IMG/VR virus record: IMGVR_UViG_3300025421_000001
Direction: 5' to 3' (one strand)
Origin: an uncultured virus (IMG/VR IMGVR_UViG_3300025421_000001)
Taxonomy: Duplodnaviria > Heunggongvirae > Uroviricota > Caudoviricetes
DNA length: 64,000 nucleotides
Shown: positions 39,607 through 50,097 of the stretch, piece after piece
Layout: each line of letters opens with the position of its first letter
Numbering within the stretch: the stretch's first letter is position 1
Notes under the pieces: generated by a model
Databases searched by the model: none
Seen by the model: only the letters and a program-made list of their open reading frames with translations
What the model was told of the DNA's origin: nothing
Position numbers and translations under genes: made by a program

Positions 39607-40565
39607 TGAAAACAAAGGAATACTCGCTTGACGGCAAAGACATACTTGCTGAGCTTGAGATTGACGGAGAAACTTTCTATGGAATTCTTACTAATGAAAA
39701 GTCAGTCTCCATACCTATTTGGATTTTTACGCACAAAGACTTATCAGATAGATCGATCCGTATTTGGGGATACCTAAAGGGTGCGCTCAATGGATCTTTC
39801 GGAATCAAAGGAACATCGCACAAAGCACTTGCCGATCTTCTTAACATATGCGACAAGACGGTACGTCGAGCCATCTATGAACTTCGTGATGTTGGCGCCA
39901 TAACAATTCAACCACGTCACAGGAACGGTAAACAGGTAAAAAGTGCTTACTATCTTTGGCCCGCAGAAGCTCCAGGTAGGGTGGACACAGATGTCCAAGC
40001 TGGACTCAAAAGACCAGGGGTATTATATAATAATGATATAGATATTAATATATCTAAGGAACAGATCAAAACTCGCAAGAAGCGTGAGGTCGTTACCTAC
40101 CCAGATGAGTTTGCAAAAATTTGGGATATCTATCCAAGAAAAATCGGTAAAGGAAAAGCGTTTGTTGCCTTCAATGAAACCTTGAGCACTGGAAAAGTTT
40201 CTTTTGATGATTTATTAAAAGCAACAATCAACTATGCAGAGGACAGGCGAGGAAAGTCAGACACCTACACACTTCATGCTTCAACATTTTTTGGAAGTTC
40301 AAAGAAGTGGGAAGCGTACTTGTCTGGTTCTGCTCCCGACGTTGCTAAATTTGTTATGACAGCAGAGCAAAAAATATCTGCAAAGATTTACGACGATTAC
40401 GATTCTGCAATTGCGTGGACAGATCCAAAAACAAATGAAGTTCTTCTTGACAACCCACTCAAACACGGGTACAGTCGTCCCATAAACAATTTAGGACAAT
40501 CAGTAGACCAAAACGGAATGCCTTATGCGCTAGACTCTGCATCAGGCGAACGAAAAAATATTTAA
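39606..40565 (+). CDS. HTH replication initiator-like protein
   Basis: HTH (HKALADLLNICDKTVRRAI); FAKIWDIYPRK motif; precedes the helicase. Confidence 0.7.
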   Translation: MKTKEYSLDGKDILAELEIDGETFYGILTNEKSVSIPIWIFTHKDLSDRSIRIWGYLKGALNGSFGIKGTSHKALADLLNICDKTVRRAIYELRDVGAITIQPRHRNGKQVKSAYYLWPAEAPGRVDTDVQAGLKRPGVLYNNDIDINISKEQIKTRKKREVVTYPDEFAKIWDIYPRKIGKGKAFVAFNETLSTGKVSFDDLLKATINYAEDRRGKSDTYTLHASTFFGSSKKWEAYLSGSAPDVAKFVMTAEQKISAKIYDDYDSAIAWTDPKTNEVLLDNPLKHGYSRPINNLGQSVDQNGMPYALDSASGERKNI

Positions 40566-40574
40566 AGGGACGTA

Positions 40575-41786
40575 ATGTCAAACTCAATACCGCACGATCT
40601 TGCGGCAGAAGCATCCTTGCTAGGTGCAATGCTTTTATCACCATCAGCAGCTTTAGTTGGAGTTGAAAGTTGTAGCGTAGAAGATTTTTATTCGCCTCCA
40701 AATGCGGAAATTTTTGGTGCAATTCAAAGGCTTGTTGAGCGTGGTCAATCGGTAGATGCAATTACTGTTTCAGCCGAGATGAACAGGCCGGATTCGGTTA
40801 GCACACTTATTGGCTTTACTCTTGAGGTTCCAAGCGCAAACAATGCCGCTGATTATGCAAAAATTATAGTTACGCACAGTGCCTCAAGAAGGCTAATGCG
40901 TCACTTCGGCGAAGGAATCCAATTGGCGCAAGGTGGCGCAGACCCCTACGTTCTTGCAGAGGGAACAGAAAAGTTTGTTACAACTATTGGCACAATAAAA
41001 AACACAGAGCCTGAATCTTTAACTATTCAAGAACTGTCAATGCGTGCGGAAGAACTTGCGCCAGTTGTTATTCCAGGAATGATGCATCAAGATTACCGAA
41101 CCATTGTTGTTGCCGAAGAAGGTGCCGGTAAATCTTTGATGCTACGAACAATAGCAATGTCTGCATCGCAAGGATTTCATCCATTCAGCCATCAGCCCAT
41201 ACCTCCTATTCGAGCACTTGTTGTTGACCTTGAAAACCCTGCTCAAGCTATTCTTCAAACGGCAGAGCCATTCGATCGTCATCTTCAAATGAGAAACCCA
41301 AGTGGTTATGACTCAGAACGTTTTCGTGTCTGGAGACAACCCGGTGGAATTGAAATTCGTCGACTTTCTGACAGGGCAGAGCTGCAAAGAGAAATCGCTT
41401 TTCATAAGCCCGATCTTGTTTGCATTGGTCCTATCTACAAAATGTATCGTCGCAATGCAAATGAATCGTATGAAGACTCTGCTGATGAAGCCATGGGGGT
41501 TCTTGACGACCTGCGAACTAAGTATGGTTTTGCGCTTATCATGGAGCATCATGCTGCAAAGGGAAAGCAAGGTGAAAAAAGAGACCTATCCCCTATGGGT
41601 TCACAACGATGGATGGCTTGGCCTGAAATTGGTATTTCTCTTTACAAAGATACAACTGACCCCACAGTTCTTAACGTAAAACGTTATAGAGGTGACCGTT
41701 TGGCCGGGGTAAGTTGGCCAGATAAGATAGTAAGAGATAAAGCATGGCTCCTAGATGGAGTCTGGACACCGGCAAAGGATCTTTAA
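40575..41786 (+). CDS. DnaB-like replicative helicase
   Basis: PHDLAAEASLLGAML N-terminal domain; Walker A EEGAGKS. Confidence 0.85.
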   Translation: MSNSIPHDLAAEASLLGAMLLSPSAALVGVESCSVEDFYSPPNAEIFGAIQRLVERGQSVDAITVSAEMNRPDSVSTLIGFTLEVPSANNAADYAKIIVTHSASRRLMRHFGEGIQLAQGGADPYVLAEGTEKFVTTIGTIKNTEPESLTIQELSMRAEELAPVVIPGMMHQDYRTIVVAEEGAGKSLMLRTIAMSASQGFHPFSHQPIPPIRALVVDLENPAQAILQTAEPFDRHLQMRNPSGYDSERFRVWRQPGGIEIRRLSDRAELQREIAFHKPDLVCIGPIYKMYRRNANESYEDSADEAMGVLDDLRTKYGFALIMEHHAAKGKQGEKRDLSPMGSQRWMAWPEIGISLYKDTTDPTVLNVKRYRGDRLAGVSWPDKIVRDKAWLLDGVWTPAKDL

Positions 41787-42295
41787 TGACTTGCGTAGTT
41801 GGATATACAACAGACAAGCACTGCTACATGGCCTATGACGCTGCCGCCAGTGATGGAGAAGCAACAATAGCTTCAATAACACCAAAGGCAATAGCTCACG
41901 CTGGCAATGGACTCATTGGTTCTGCCGGTTCTTGGAGATCAATCAACATGATTTCTACGCTGAAATCAAGAAAATGTAGTCCTCAAACAGTCGTAACAAT
42001 GCTAAAGGGAATGAAAGGAGAAGACGAAGCCGTCAAGGAAACTGACGTTCTTTGTGCATGGCCAAATAGACCTTTGGTTATTGTACAAAGCGATCTAGCA
42101 GTTATAGAACTTGAATCACCGTATTACGCAATTGGTTCAGGTGCAGCTTATGCACTTGGCTACTTGGAGGCATGCGAAACAATTGGTCCCGAACAACTAA
42201 TTGCAGCAGTGGAATGCGCTACAAAGTACGACATGTTTGTATCAAAACCTGTCAAACTTTTAAAGTGTTCCATTAAAAAAACAACTAGCAATTAG
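41786..42295 (+). CDS. Ntn-hydrolase (HslV/proteasome beta-like) peptidase
   Basis: N-terminal M-T-C-V-V-G; YAIGSGAAYALG. Confidence 0.75.
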   Translation: MTCVVGYTTDKHCYMAYDAAASDGEATIASITPKAIAHAGNGLIGSAGSWRSINMISTLKSRKCSPQTVVTMLKGMKGEDEAVKETDVLCAWPNRPLVIVQSDLAVIELESPYYAIGSGAAYALGYLEACETIGPEQLIAAVECATKYDMFVSKPVKLLKCSIKKTTSN

Positions 42296-42306
42296 AAAGG
42301 TATTTA

Positions 42307-42741
42307 GTGAGTAGTGAAAAATGGCGTGAGCATTCCGCATGTTCCGGCACAAAGGTAGATTTTTTCTCGGGATTTGTTACAGAGGAGATGAAAAATCTTT
42401 GCAAGGGTTGCCCCGTGCAGGATGAATGTTTAAAATACGCAATAGAAACAGAATCCTATGGATATTGGGCGGGAACAACAGAACAAGAACGTTTTCTTAT
42501 TCGAAGAGATCTTGGCGTTTTTGAGCCAGGGTACAATCCAAGCCTTAACAAGCAGATGAGACGCGCGATGCCCAAGGCAAAACATGTTTTAAAAGAAATA
42601 GAACATGGAACCGAAAAAGGATATCAATTACACATTAGGCGTAAGTGGCGATTTGTTGATGAAAACAATCAAGTTTGTGAATGTCGCAAGGCGCATACAG
42701 AATTTATTAAAAAATATAGAGAATCGAGAGCAAAGACATGA
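42307..42741 (+). CDS. whiB: WhiB-family protein with C-terminal extension
   Basis: WREHSAC..FF..CKGCPVQDEC..GYWAG; HGT..GY...CEC tail. Confidence 0.8.
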   Translation: MSSEKWREHSACSGTKVDFFSGFVTEEMKNLCKGCPVQDECLKYAIETESYGYWAGTTEQERFLIRRDLGVFEPGYNPSLNKQMRRAMPKAKHVLKEIEHGTEKGYQLHIRRKWRFVDENNQVCECRKAHTEFIKKYRESRAKT

Positions 42742-42874
42742 TGTTCTTTAATAGAAGAAAAAAGAAAGCAAGCATGAAAAGACACCCAAGTCAATTGGGT
42801 AGGCCGCTTGAAATGACAAAGATTAATAATTCAACTTTTTGGGTTGATATTAAAAAAATTAGAAAGGACGGAGA

Positions 42875-43582
42875 ATGACAGACGAAGAACTATGGGAAAG
42901 TCATTACCCTGACATAAAGATACCCGGTAGCGCAGAACCACTTGAGGGCAAGTGTGGTGCAAAGGTAACTTCTAAAGAAGCCAGAGAAATTGGTATTACT
43001 CGCTACTGCACGAAAAAAGCGGGCATGGGCACAGATCATCTAGGAGAAGGAACTTGCAAGTGGCATCTTGGCGCAACAATGCGACACACAAGGGGAGCTG
43101 TGCAAAGAAAGATGCAAAAGGAATTAGTTGCTCTTTCTGACAGGCTTGAACAACCTGAACCAATTGGTCCACCAGAAGTTGAGGCGTGGATTCTTGCTTC
43201 AAAGATGAAACAGTGGACTTTAATCCTTGAAGAAAAGATGAACGAACTTAACGGTATCTTGGAAGTAACCGACAAAGCGGGCGTCGAACATGTACGAGCT
43301 TTGATTGAGGTTATGGAACGTGCATGGGAGAGGTATCAGGGTGCTCTTGAGTTTATGATGAAATACGATCTTCGCAAACGTGTTATCGAACTTGAAGAAC
43401 ATCAGGCAAACCTTGTTGGTGCCGCTTTCATGGCAATTATCCTTAGTCAGGATTTAAAACTTAGCGAGTCACAAATTGAGATGGCTCGCAACATGTTTGC
43501 AAAGAAATTAAGTGAGATGGGGGGCGATCTTGAGCCGACTTGGATTCATAACATTATTGATGTTGATGTTCTTGATGATTAA
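42875..43582 (+). CDS. Hypothetical protein, possible terminase small subunit
   Basis: CGAK..C..AG.GT.H.G.G.CKWH.G Zn motif followed by a helical region. Confidence 0.4.
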   Translation: MTDEELWESHYPDIKIPGSAEPLEGKCGAKVTSKEAREIGITRYCTKKAGMGTDHLGEGTCKWHLGATMRHTRGAVQRKMQKELVALSDRLEQPEPIGPPEVEAWILASKMKQWTLILEEKMNELNGILEVTDKAGVEHVRALIEVMERAWERYQGALEFMMKYDLRKRVIELEEHQANLVGAAFMAIILSQDLKLSESQIEMARNMFAKKLSEMGGDLEPTWIHNIIDVDVLDD

Positions 43583-43599
43583 TATACATCAAAGGCGTT

Positions 43600-43647
43600 A
43601 AAAAACCCCCGGTTAAGGTTAATATCCTTAAGCCGGGGGTTTTTATT
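43600..43647. terminator. Bidirectional intrinsic terminator
   Basis: AAAAAACCCCCGGTTAAGG / CCTTAAGCCGGGGGTTTTT between convergent genes. Confidence 0.85.
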
Positions 43648-43653
43648 TAATCG

Positions 43654-43956
43654 TTAGTTGACGTATTCTCTCTTTTCACCAACGTAACGAACAAAAACAT
43701 TGTATGTTCCATTTTCATTAACTTGACTCATTGCTTGATAGGCAAGTGCTTTTCTGTCAACATTGGTTAATGTGGTAAGTCCAACAAGAGTTCTCAAAGC
43801 TTGGCCCGAATCCCCGCCTGTTTTTGAATTTTCTTTCCACAAAAACCATTCGCCTGGATTTGACTTAAGTAAATTTCTGCGTGCAATTGTCTTTGGACGG
43901 CCTCGCTCCGGTCGTGGATTTGCTTTAATCAATCCTGTTATTTCTGAATTATTCAT
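43654..43956 (-). CDS. Hypothetical protein
   Basis: ATG at 43956 with upstream AAGGA. Confidence 0.6.
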   Translation of the reverse strand: MNNSEITGLIKANPRPERGRPKTIARRNLLKSNPGEWFLWKENSKTGGDSGQALRTLVGLTTLTNVDRKALAYQAMSQVNENGTYNVFVRYVGEKREYVN

Positions 43957-44086
43957 TCGTTTCCTTTTCTTTTTTTTCAAAATTAGTTATTTTGCTTTTG
44001 TTACTTGGACATACATGGGCAACCTCAATAGTTGCATCAGTGCTTTTAACAACTTTTTTGCATTTAGGACAAACCCATTTAGTCAT
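43949..44086 (-). CDS. 45-aa Zn-ribbon protein (not in ORF track)
   Basis: MTKWVCPKCKK...HVCP. Confidence 0.55.
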   Translation of the reverse strand: MTKWVCPKCKKVVKSTDATIEVAHVCPSNKSKITNFEKKEKETNE

Positions 44087-44090
44087 ATAT

Positions 44091-44543
44091 TTACTCTACC
44101 TCATCAATGGGTGTGCTGTCAATTAATTTTATAGCATCAAGCATAATAAGTTCTTCTAGATCCCATTCATTAAAATCATCAGTATCTTCTATGTCAATGG
44201 TTACTTCTGCCGCAATAATAAACTTTTTTACCTTGCGAGTTTTAAAGTCATTAACACATTCCTCAACGGATTCGCTTGACCAACGCATTGTTGCAAACGC
44301 TGGCGCTACTTTTCCGCAATAAAGTCTAGCCTCGTATTCACGCTTTGTATCATCATCAAATGACAAAGCATGCTCTACCGCCAACTTTGGGGGAAGACTT
44401 CCAAACGGTTCCAGCCACATATCGTAAGCTTCCTCCGCCGTTGTAGTCTCCCCCCAAAGGACGGCAATTTCAGTATAACGAGTACCGATCTTTTCGTAAA
44501 GAACTATTGACCATTCCCTTTCCTCAGTCAAATAATTGTCCAT
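44091..44543 (-). CDS. Acidic hypothetical protein
   Basis: ATG overlaps the stop of the upstream gene. Confidence 0.6.
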   Translation of the reverse strand: MDNYLTEEREWSIVLYEKIGTRYTEIAVLWGETTTAEEAYDMWLEPFGSLPPKLAVEHALSFDDDTKREYEARLYCGKVAPAFATMRWSSESVEECVNDFKTRKVKKFIIAAEVTIDIEDTDDFNEWDLEELIMLDAIKLIDSTPIDEVE

Positions 44544-45058
44544 TACCAGCCGCTTCCACAACCATATTGATCGGGTACATACGAGCCAAATCCAGAAGCA
44601 ACCTGAATTTTTTTGGCAATGTATACCTGTTGTTCTGGGCTTGCGGACCACTCTGGCCCAAAAAGCCTAAATCCACCGTATTCATACCAATTATTAAGCA
44701 AAATGCCCAATCCCCCTTGGTATAAGTTTCCCTTTGTGTGCCAATTGCCACCAGTCTCGCAAATGTTCACCTTTGACCACTTCTGCATATCAAGAACTGA
44801 TACAAGTGGTGGCGCGTCATGCGCCTTTTTATGCGACGTTGGTAAAGCTGGATCAACCTGGACCTTAACCCAAGATGTAGCCATTTGTGTGCCATCAGCA
44901 CTAACAACCAACGTGCGCTTCATATTAATTACTGGCTTTGTTACAAGGGTACTAGCCCCATTTTTTATACTTCCTAATGCTTTGGTCGCCATTCCTATGG
45001 TTTCCAATAATACAAATACTACGGTTACTACGATCAAAACTGCGATAATTCTACGCAT
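44543..45058 (-). CDS. Resuscitation-promoting-factor-like lytic transglycosylase with signal/TM segment
   Basis: WSKVNICETGGNW..YQGGLG..W..YGG..ASPEQQVYIA. Confidence 0.85.
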   Translation of the reverse strand: MRRIIAVLIVVTVVFVLLETIGMATKALGSIKNGASTLVTKPVINMKRTLVVSADGTQMATSWVKVQVDPALPTSHKKAHDAPPLVSVLDMQKWSKVNICETGGNWHTKGNLYQGGLGILLNNWYEYGGFRLFGPEWSASPEQQVYIAKKIQVASGFGSYVPDQYGCGSGW

Positions 45059-45148
45059 TCTTCTCCAATGTTTGGCTTATATTACGTAAAGCTGAGGTGT
45101 TGATTCACAGTATCCAGTCTCCTTTCGACTTCATTTCTAACATACCCC

Positions 45149-45200
45149 ATTATACCATGTCAAGTACCTCTGGCAAGGGTTCTTTGTGACAGAAATCACA
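45149..45200 (-). promoter_or_regulatory. Promoter of the Rpf-like gene plus CRP/GlxR-type site
   Basis: TTGCCA-16-TATAAT with TG extension; TGTGA-CAGAAA-TCACA at 45185-45200. Confidence 0.65.
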
Positions 45201-45295
45201 AGACCCCCCGGGCTAGCATATCCGGAGGGTCTTGCAACGTGAGTAAGGCAGCACCTGAAATGCAGGAAAGGGATAAGCCACAGTCAGGTCCGCCG
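45195..45295 (-). ncRNA. Candidate ~100-nt small RNA (hairpin with CU-rich loop plus terminator hairpin)
   Basis: TGn-TAGTAT at 45309-45301; two stems whose G-U pairs work only on the minus strand; no ORF. Confidence 0.55.
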
Positions 45296-45368
45296 TGTAC
45301 ATACTAGCACTGTAATTACACAAATGTAATTCCCTTGACAATTACAAAAAACGTGGTAAAATGAACAT

Positions 45369-45773
45369 ATGATTACAGAAAACCTAGAAACCCTTGAAAT
45401 TGCAGACTATTTATACAGTCTTCCAGAAACCATTGGTATCAACCTTGCCGATCAAAAAGAAATTTTAGAAAAAAATATTGATTTTACGATCTTAAAGCTT
45501 GCGGAACCAGTGGCAAAAGAGGTTACGGTAAAGTTTATTGATGACAAAGAAGGTCATGAATATAGGATATTTTCTTTTGATTTTGATCGTGAAACAAAAG
45601 CAGATTTAATATTTTATCGTTTTTCTGAAACAAATGAACTTTTTACAATGGACGCCAAGCGCACTCAAGATTGGCTGATTGAAACTGGCGAATCTTATGT
45701 GCCGGTAGACCTATTTAATAAACCAAATGGGCTTAGAGATCGCATTAAAATTAACAAGATTAAACTTATTTAA
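45369..45773 (+). CDS. Hypothetical protein (probably leaderless)
   Basis: TTGACA-16-TAAAAT ends 6 nt before the ATG. Confidence 0.65.
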   Translation: MITENLETLEIADYLYSLPETIGINLADQKEILEKNIDFTILKLAEPVAKEVTVKFIDDKEGHEYRIFSFDFDRETKADLIFYRFSETNELFTMDAKRTQDWLIETGESYVPVDLFNKPNGLRDRIKINKIKLI

Positions 45774-45782
45774 GGATATATT

Positions 45783-48254
45783 ATGACATTAGTATTAGTA
45801 TTTTTATTCCCAGCAATGTTTTTTACCATGGTAGGCGTTTTTGCTTACAAGTGGAACAAGGCCGTTAAAGCTGGAATTTTTCAAAAAGGTACGCTTAGGC
45901 ACGTTATGACAAAGTCATTAAAAACAGACGAGCCAAGCGGTAAAAATAAGCCATGACAGAGCGAACCTTGCAACAGATTCAGTACTTTTGCGAAGTTATG
46001 AGCAATGAGTCTGACATTGATCAACTCACCGAAACTGAGTTGGCATGGTACAAGGGTTATACACAGGCAATGAAGCACGTTCTTCTCTGGATCAATAACC
46101 CGGATGTTGTAATGGTTCCTAAAAGCGCATACGAGAAAGTGTCGGAACAATGAAAACGTTATTAGAAACAACTATTTTTACTTTTATTTGTTTTATCATA
46201 GTTTTTATCGCAATGGTGAACAACTAATGGACAACAAATTTAAGCTTGGAGACGAAGTAACCTTGATTAGACACGTAGGTAAGATTGTGGGTTTCAGTGG
46301 TCGAGGCTGGCCCATTGTTGAATGGCCTGAAATTGACGAAGTTCTTGTTGAGGATCCAGAAAAAATAACAAAAGTGAACGCAAATGACTAATTGCAAACA
46401 TTGTGGATTAAATATTGTTAAATACACACGCGATGGTACCGATTGGGAAAACATTGGTGATGATGATCAATGGGTTCACCTATCGCCTCACGGTCCGCAC
46501 AAAGCTGAGCCAGAATGGATGGATGAAAAATGAACATAGTAATTAATTGGATTGCACACATTGCTTTAGTTGGCGTTATAGCATTTTTTTTATTTGTGCT
46601 TGCCGGTATTTTTGGGGCGTGGAAATAATGGGTGCTCAAACTAATTTGTTGTGCGTGTGGATTGTAATTATTTACCTATTATGGAAGACTTGGTAATCAA
46701 TGTTCTATATTACTTTTGGATTGACTTGGGCTATTGGTGTTGTTACAGGTGCAATTGCAATGCTTATTTGGGACATGTTGTTTAACTAATGTGGTCCTGG
46801 GTTCTTGCAGCCGTTGGTTCCCTCGGTTTATTTTTTGTCGGGGGAAAGAAGATTTGGGGATGGGGAATACTCATCCTCAACGAATGCCTGTGGGTGGCCT
46901 ATGCGCTATCAAGTAAGCAGTATGGCTTTATTGCGTACAGCATTATGTACGTTGCAATGTATATTAGAGCAATATTGAATTGGGGAAAAGATGAATAACG
47001 AATCAAACGAAATAAACGAAATGGATCACATAGAGACAATTACCAGTTTTTGGGCAATTGATGATACGTTATCTCGTATCAGAGCTATTGTTAAAGAGAT
47101 TGGGGATATGTTCGATGCCTCAAGGAACGACCATGGATAGGGGTAACTGCCGCAAATGCTTCACGCCTATCTTTTACGTTGGTGAAGCTAAATGGATTCA
47201 CATGAATTATCTTGAAGAAAAAGCAGATCACGAAGCAACACCGGTTATGGAGGGATTATGAATTTTAAATTTTGGCGCATAGGCAAACTTACAGTATCTT
47301 GGAATGAACATAACTCTCAACAGAGCAAACAAGACGAAATGATGATTAAATCATCAGGCAAGGGCCGTCAGTGCGAATGTATTGGCTGTAACAAAGTTGG
47401 AAAAAGCCGATGAAAAAATGGTGTGAATGCAATAAGCGTTGTATGGTTAGGAATCCACGCAAAGAAGTGGTTCACGGCAAAGCAACAACATACGAAAGTC
47501 GTCATAATTGTAGGTGTGATCAATGCGTTTATGCACACAGGGTTGCGGAAATAGAACGAGAGTTTAGAGCCTATGAAAAAATTATGGCGTTGTTGTGAGC
47601 TTTAGGGATCGTGAAGAACTCGCCGAACAACTCAGGTCAGGTGTAGACAGAAGTTCCTGCGTACACATAGTTGCTCATTGTTCTGATGGGTCATTAGTAC
47701 CTAATTACCTTATTGAACTTGTTATGCAGACAAAAGAGTACGCAAGGTTTAGCTTCTGCCCTCGTTGTGGCGAAAAACTAGAATGGATGGATTGATTGTG
47801 AATCAAGAAGAATCTTTAACAGAATTAACCCGCATACAAGAGGAATTAAAAATGTATGAATGCCTACACATTGAAAAGTATTACAACCTTGACGGTGAAG
47901 AATTAGAGCGTCGTTGGAATCGTATCTTCTGCCCTGATTGTGGTGTACGATTAGAAGCACCTGGCCCGACCAGACCATTTAAGTTAAAGGATTATCAACG
48001 ATGACCGTAGCCGAGAATGTATTCTTACTTTGCTCATTTGTAGCATTTGCCATTTGGGTATTTTGGAACGGCAAGCTGTGAGCATACCTCCACGTAGATA
48101 CCCGCGCAAGATGAAGAAGCATTGGGCTAAAACAAGAGTTGAATTCACTGCCGGAGATTGGGAAGATCTTAAAAGAATTGCCAGGGCAAAGGGATTGCGC
48201 CCTACACGCTACATACACTATGCTTTATTGGAGACAATAGAAAAGGGGCTTTAA
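45783..48254 (+). other. Array of small, closely coupled ORFs (membrane peptides, Zn-ribbon proteins, PnuC-like 46789..46998, RHH-like 48030..48254)
   Basis: Short + strand ORFs with overlapping stops/starts; CxxC motifs and TM segments. Confidence 0.55.
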
Positions 48255-48255
48255 G

Positions 48256-48681
48256 ATGCAAACATTCCTACCCTACGCAGACTTTGACCAAAGTGCCAAA
48301 GTTCTTGATCGCCAGCGTTTAGGCAAACAACGTGTAGAAAACTTACAGATTATTAAAGCACTCCTACAACCTGACTACGGCTGGCAAAATCACCCAGCAG
48401 TAAAGATGTGGCAAGGTCACATCATCTCACTGCTTAGTTATCAAACTGCGATTTGTCAAGAGTGGGTCGGCCGCGGCTACAAAGACACCTGCTTAGAAAA
48501 GTCTTTTGCACTAATTGACAATTACGACGGAGAATTCCGCATGGTCAGTCCATATTGGATTGGCGACGAAGCTTTCCACAGATCACATCAAAGCAATTTA
48601 TTGCGCAAATTACCCGAATATTATGGTAGTATCTTTACCGAAGTACCAGACAACCTAGATTATATTTGGCCGGTGGCATAA
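48256..48681 (+). CDS. Pyrimidine-dimer DNA glycosylase-like protein (MSMEG_6728 family)
   Basis: MQTFLPY..LDRQRLGKQRVE..HPAVKMW..SHQSNL.RK. Confidence 0.85.
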   Translation: MQTFLPYADFDQSAKVLDRQRLGKQRVENLQIIKALLQPDYGWQNHPAVKMWQGHIISLLSYQTAICQEWVGRGYKDTCLEKSFALIDNYDGEFRMVSPYWIGDEAFHRSHQSNLLRKLPEYYGSIFTEVPDNLDYIWPVA

Positions 48682-48792
48682 TGAGAAAAAAGAAGATAAA
48701 CGAACTAATTGACGAACTAGAAGAAGAGTTATATCTTAACTACAAGAAACTTAATCTAGCAATTGTAGACGCACGACGACAGGCTCACGTAT

Positions 48793-49401
48793 TTGATGTA
48801 CTTCGTGAAAGAATTAACAAGCGTGGACGTTCCTAGTTCTATACACATAATCAAAAACCTTATTAGTGATGAGGAATGCGATTACTTTTACAACAAAAAA
48901 CTTTTAAAGTTTAAAAACAGGGAAACCTCTAAATGGGGTGATGCCGATCAGGTATTAATTACCGAAAACGACGAGGAAGACCTAAGTTTTATAGACAAGG
49001 TTAATAGTTCTTTCATGGCAGCAGTCAAAGAGTATTACGGGTATTCAAAAGAACTATGCGTATTTGAAAGCAATTTTTACATATGGAGAGAAAACGTTGC
49101 CATCCGTCCACATATGGACAATTGGGACCCAAATCATGACTCTCAATGGAATCTATTCTCAAGCGTCTTTTACTTAAATGACGACTTTGAAGGTGGTCAG
49201 ATATACTTTCCAAACCTTAAATTCACATATAAACCCGAGAAGGGTAGTTTAATTATGTTCCCAGACGATGAAAGAATCGGTAATAATCTACTCAGAGAGC
49301 GTCACCTTCACGGCGTGCACGGGGCTAAATCTGGTGTTAGAATGACAGTAGCAACATGGTTGCAGGATAAGGAAATGGAATTAAAATGGGCAAAAAACTA
49401 G
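48793..49401 (+). CDS. 2OG-Fe(II) oxygenase (start uncertain)
   Basis: HMD...YLNDDFEGGQIYF...HGV...R. Confidence 0.85.
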   Translation: MMYFVKELTSVDVPSSIHIIKNLISDEECDYFYNKKLLKFKNRETSKWGDADQVLITENDEEDLSFIDKVNSSFMAAVKEYYGYSKELCVFESNFYIWRENVAIRPHMDNWDPNHDSQWNLFSSVFYLNDDFEGGQIYFPNLKFTYKPEKGSLIMFPDDERIGNNLLRERHLHGVHGAKSGVRMTVATWLQDKEMELKWAKN

Positions 49402-49546
49402 ACACAGCGTACGAACGAATCAAGAATCAGGCAGAGCATCACATTAAGCTCGCCCAGACTAGAGGATCTGACTACGACAAAGGCTTTTCACAGGCATTCT
49501 ACGAGGCACTTATTATTGTTGCCGATCTGAGAGGAAAACTAGACTA

Positions 49547-49843
49547 ATGGCATTTAACGCAACAGAAGACCGAGTAATTCTTAAGCTTGACGAATCAGGC
49601 GAGGAAGTTCAAGCCAGCGGCTTTATTGTGCCACGTCGCAGTCCACCAGACGAGGGTGAGATTGTTGCGGCAGGGCCGGGAAGATACGCTGAAAATGGGA
49701 CAGTAATCCCTATGGAAGTATCAGTAGGCCAGATGGTTAAGTTTGACAAGAACATGGCCTACGGTATTGAGATTGAGGGTGAGAATTACGTGGTTATCCC
49801 TCAGGCAGGAATCCTCGGAGTTATTGGAGAAGGCTCATGGTAG
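49547..49843 (+). CDS. groES: Co-chaperonin GroES
   Basis: EDRVIL, SGFIVP, GEIVAAGPGR, VSVGQ.V, ILGVI. Confidence 0.9.
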   Translation: MAFNATEDRVILKLDESGEEVQASGFIVPRRSPPDEGEIVAAGPGRYAENGTVIPMEVSVGQMVKFDKNMAYGIEIEGENYVVIPQAGILGVIGEGSW

Positions 49844-50097
49844 AAAAAAAAGAGGGGGAAAGCCCACTCAAAATAAGTAGGCCAAAGATTGAACCCACTA
49901 CCCAAGAGGACATACGAGAACTAGCACTAGACATCATCAAAGACCTGATCCTTGAGACCAGTCCAAGCCAATGGGATAAATATCCAGATGCCACTACATT
50001 TGGTGAGTTCTTCGTTAAGCGTATACAGGCAAAGTGCAAAGCTTTCGACAAAGATCACAAAACAAACAAGATAAAAGTACCTAATATACCTTATTGA
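49837..50097 (+). CDS. Hypothetical protein
   Basis: Overlaps the end of groES. Confidence 0.55.
   Translation: MVEKKEGESPLKISRPKIEPTTQEDIRELALDIIKDLILETSPSQWDKYPDATTFGEFFVKRIQAKCKAFDKDHKTNKIKVPNIPY

Noticed and set aside
45059..45145. ydaO (c-di-AMP) riboswitch upstream of the Rpf-like gene
   Set aside because: The leader is too short and lacks recognisable ydaO elements; only a possible 8-codon uORF is seen
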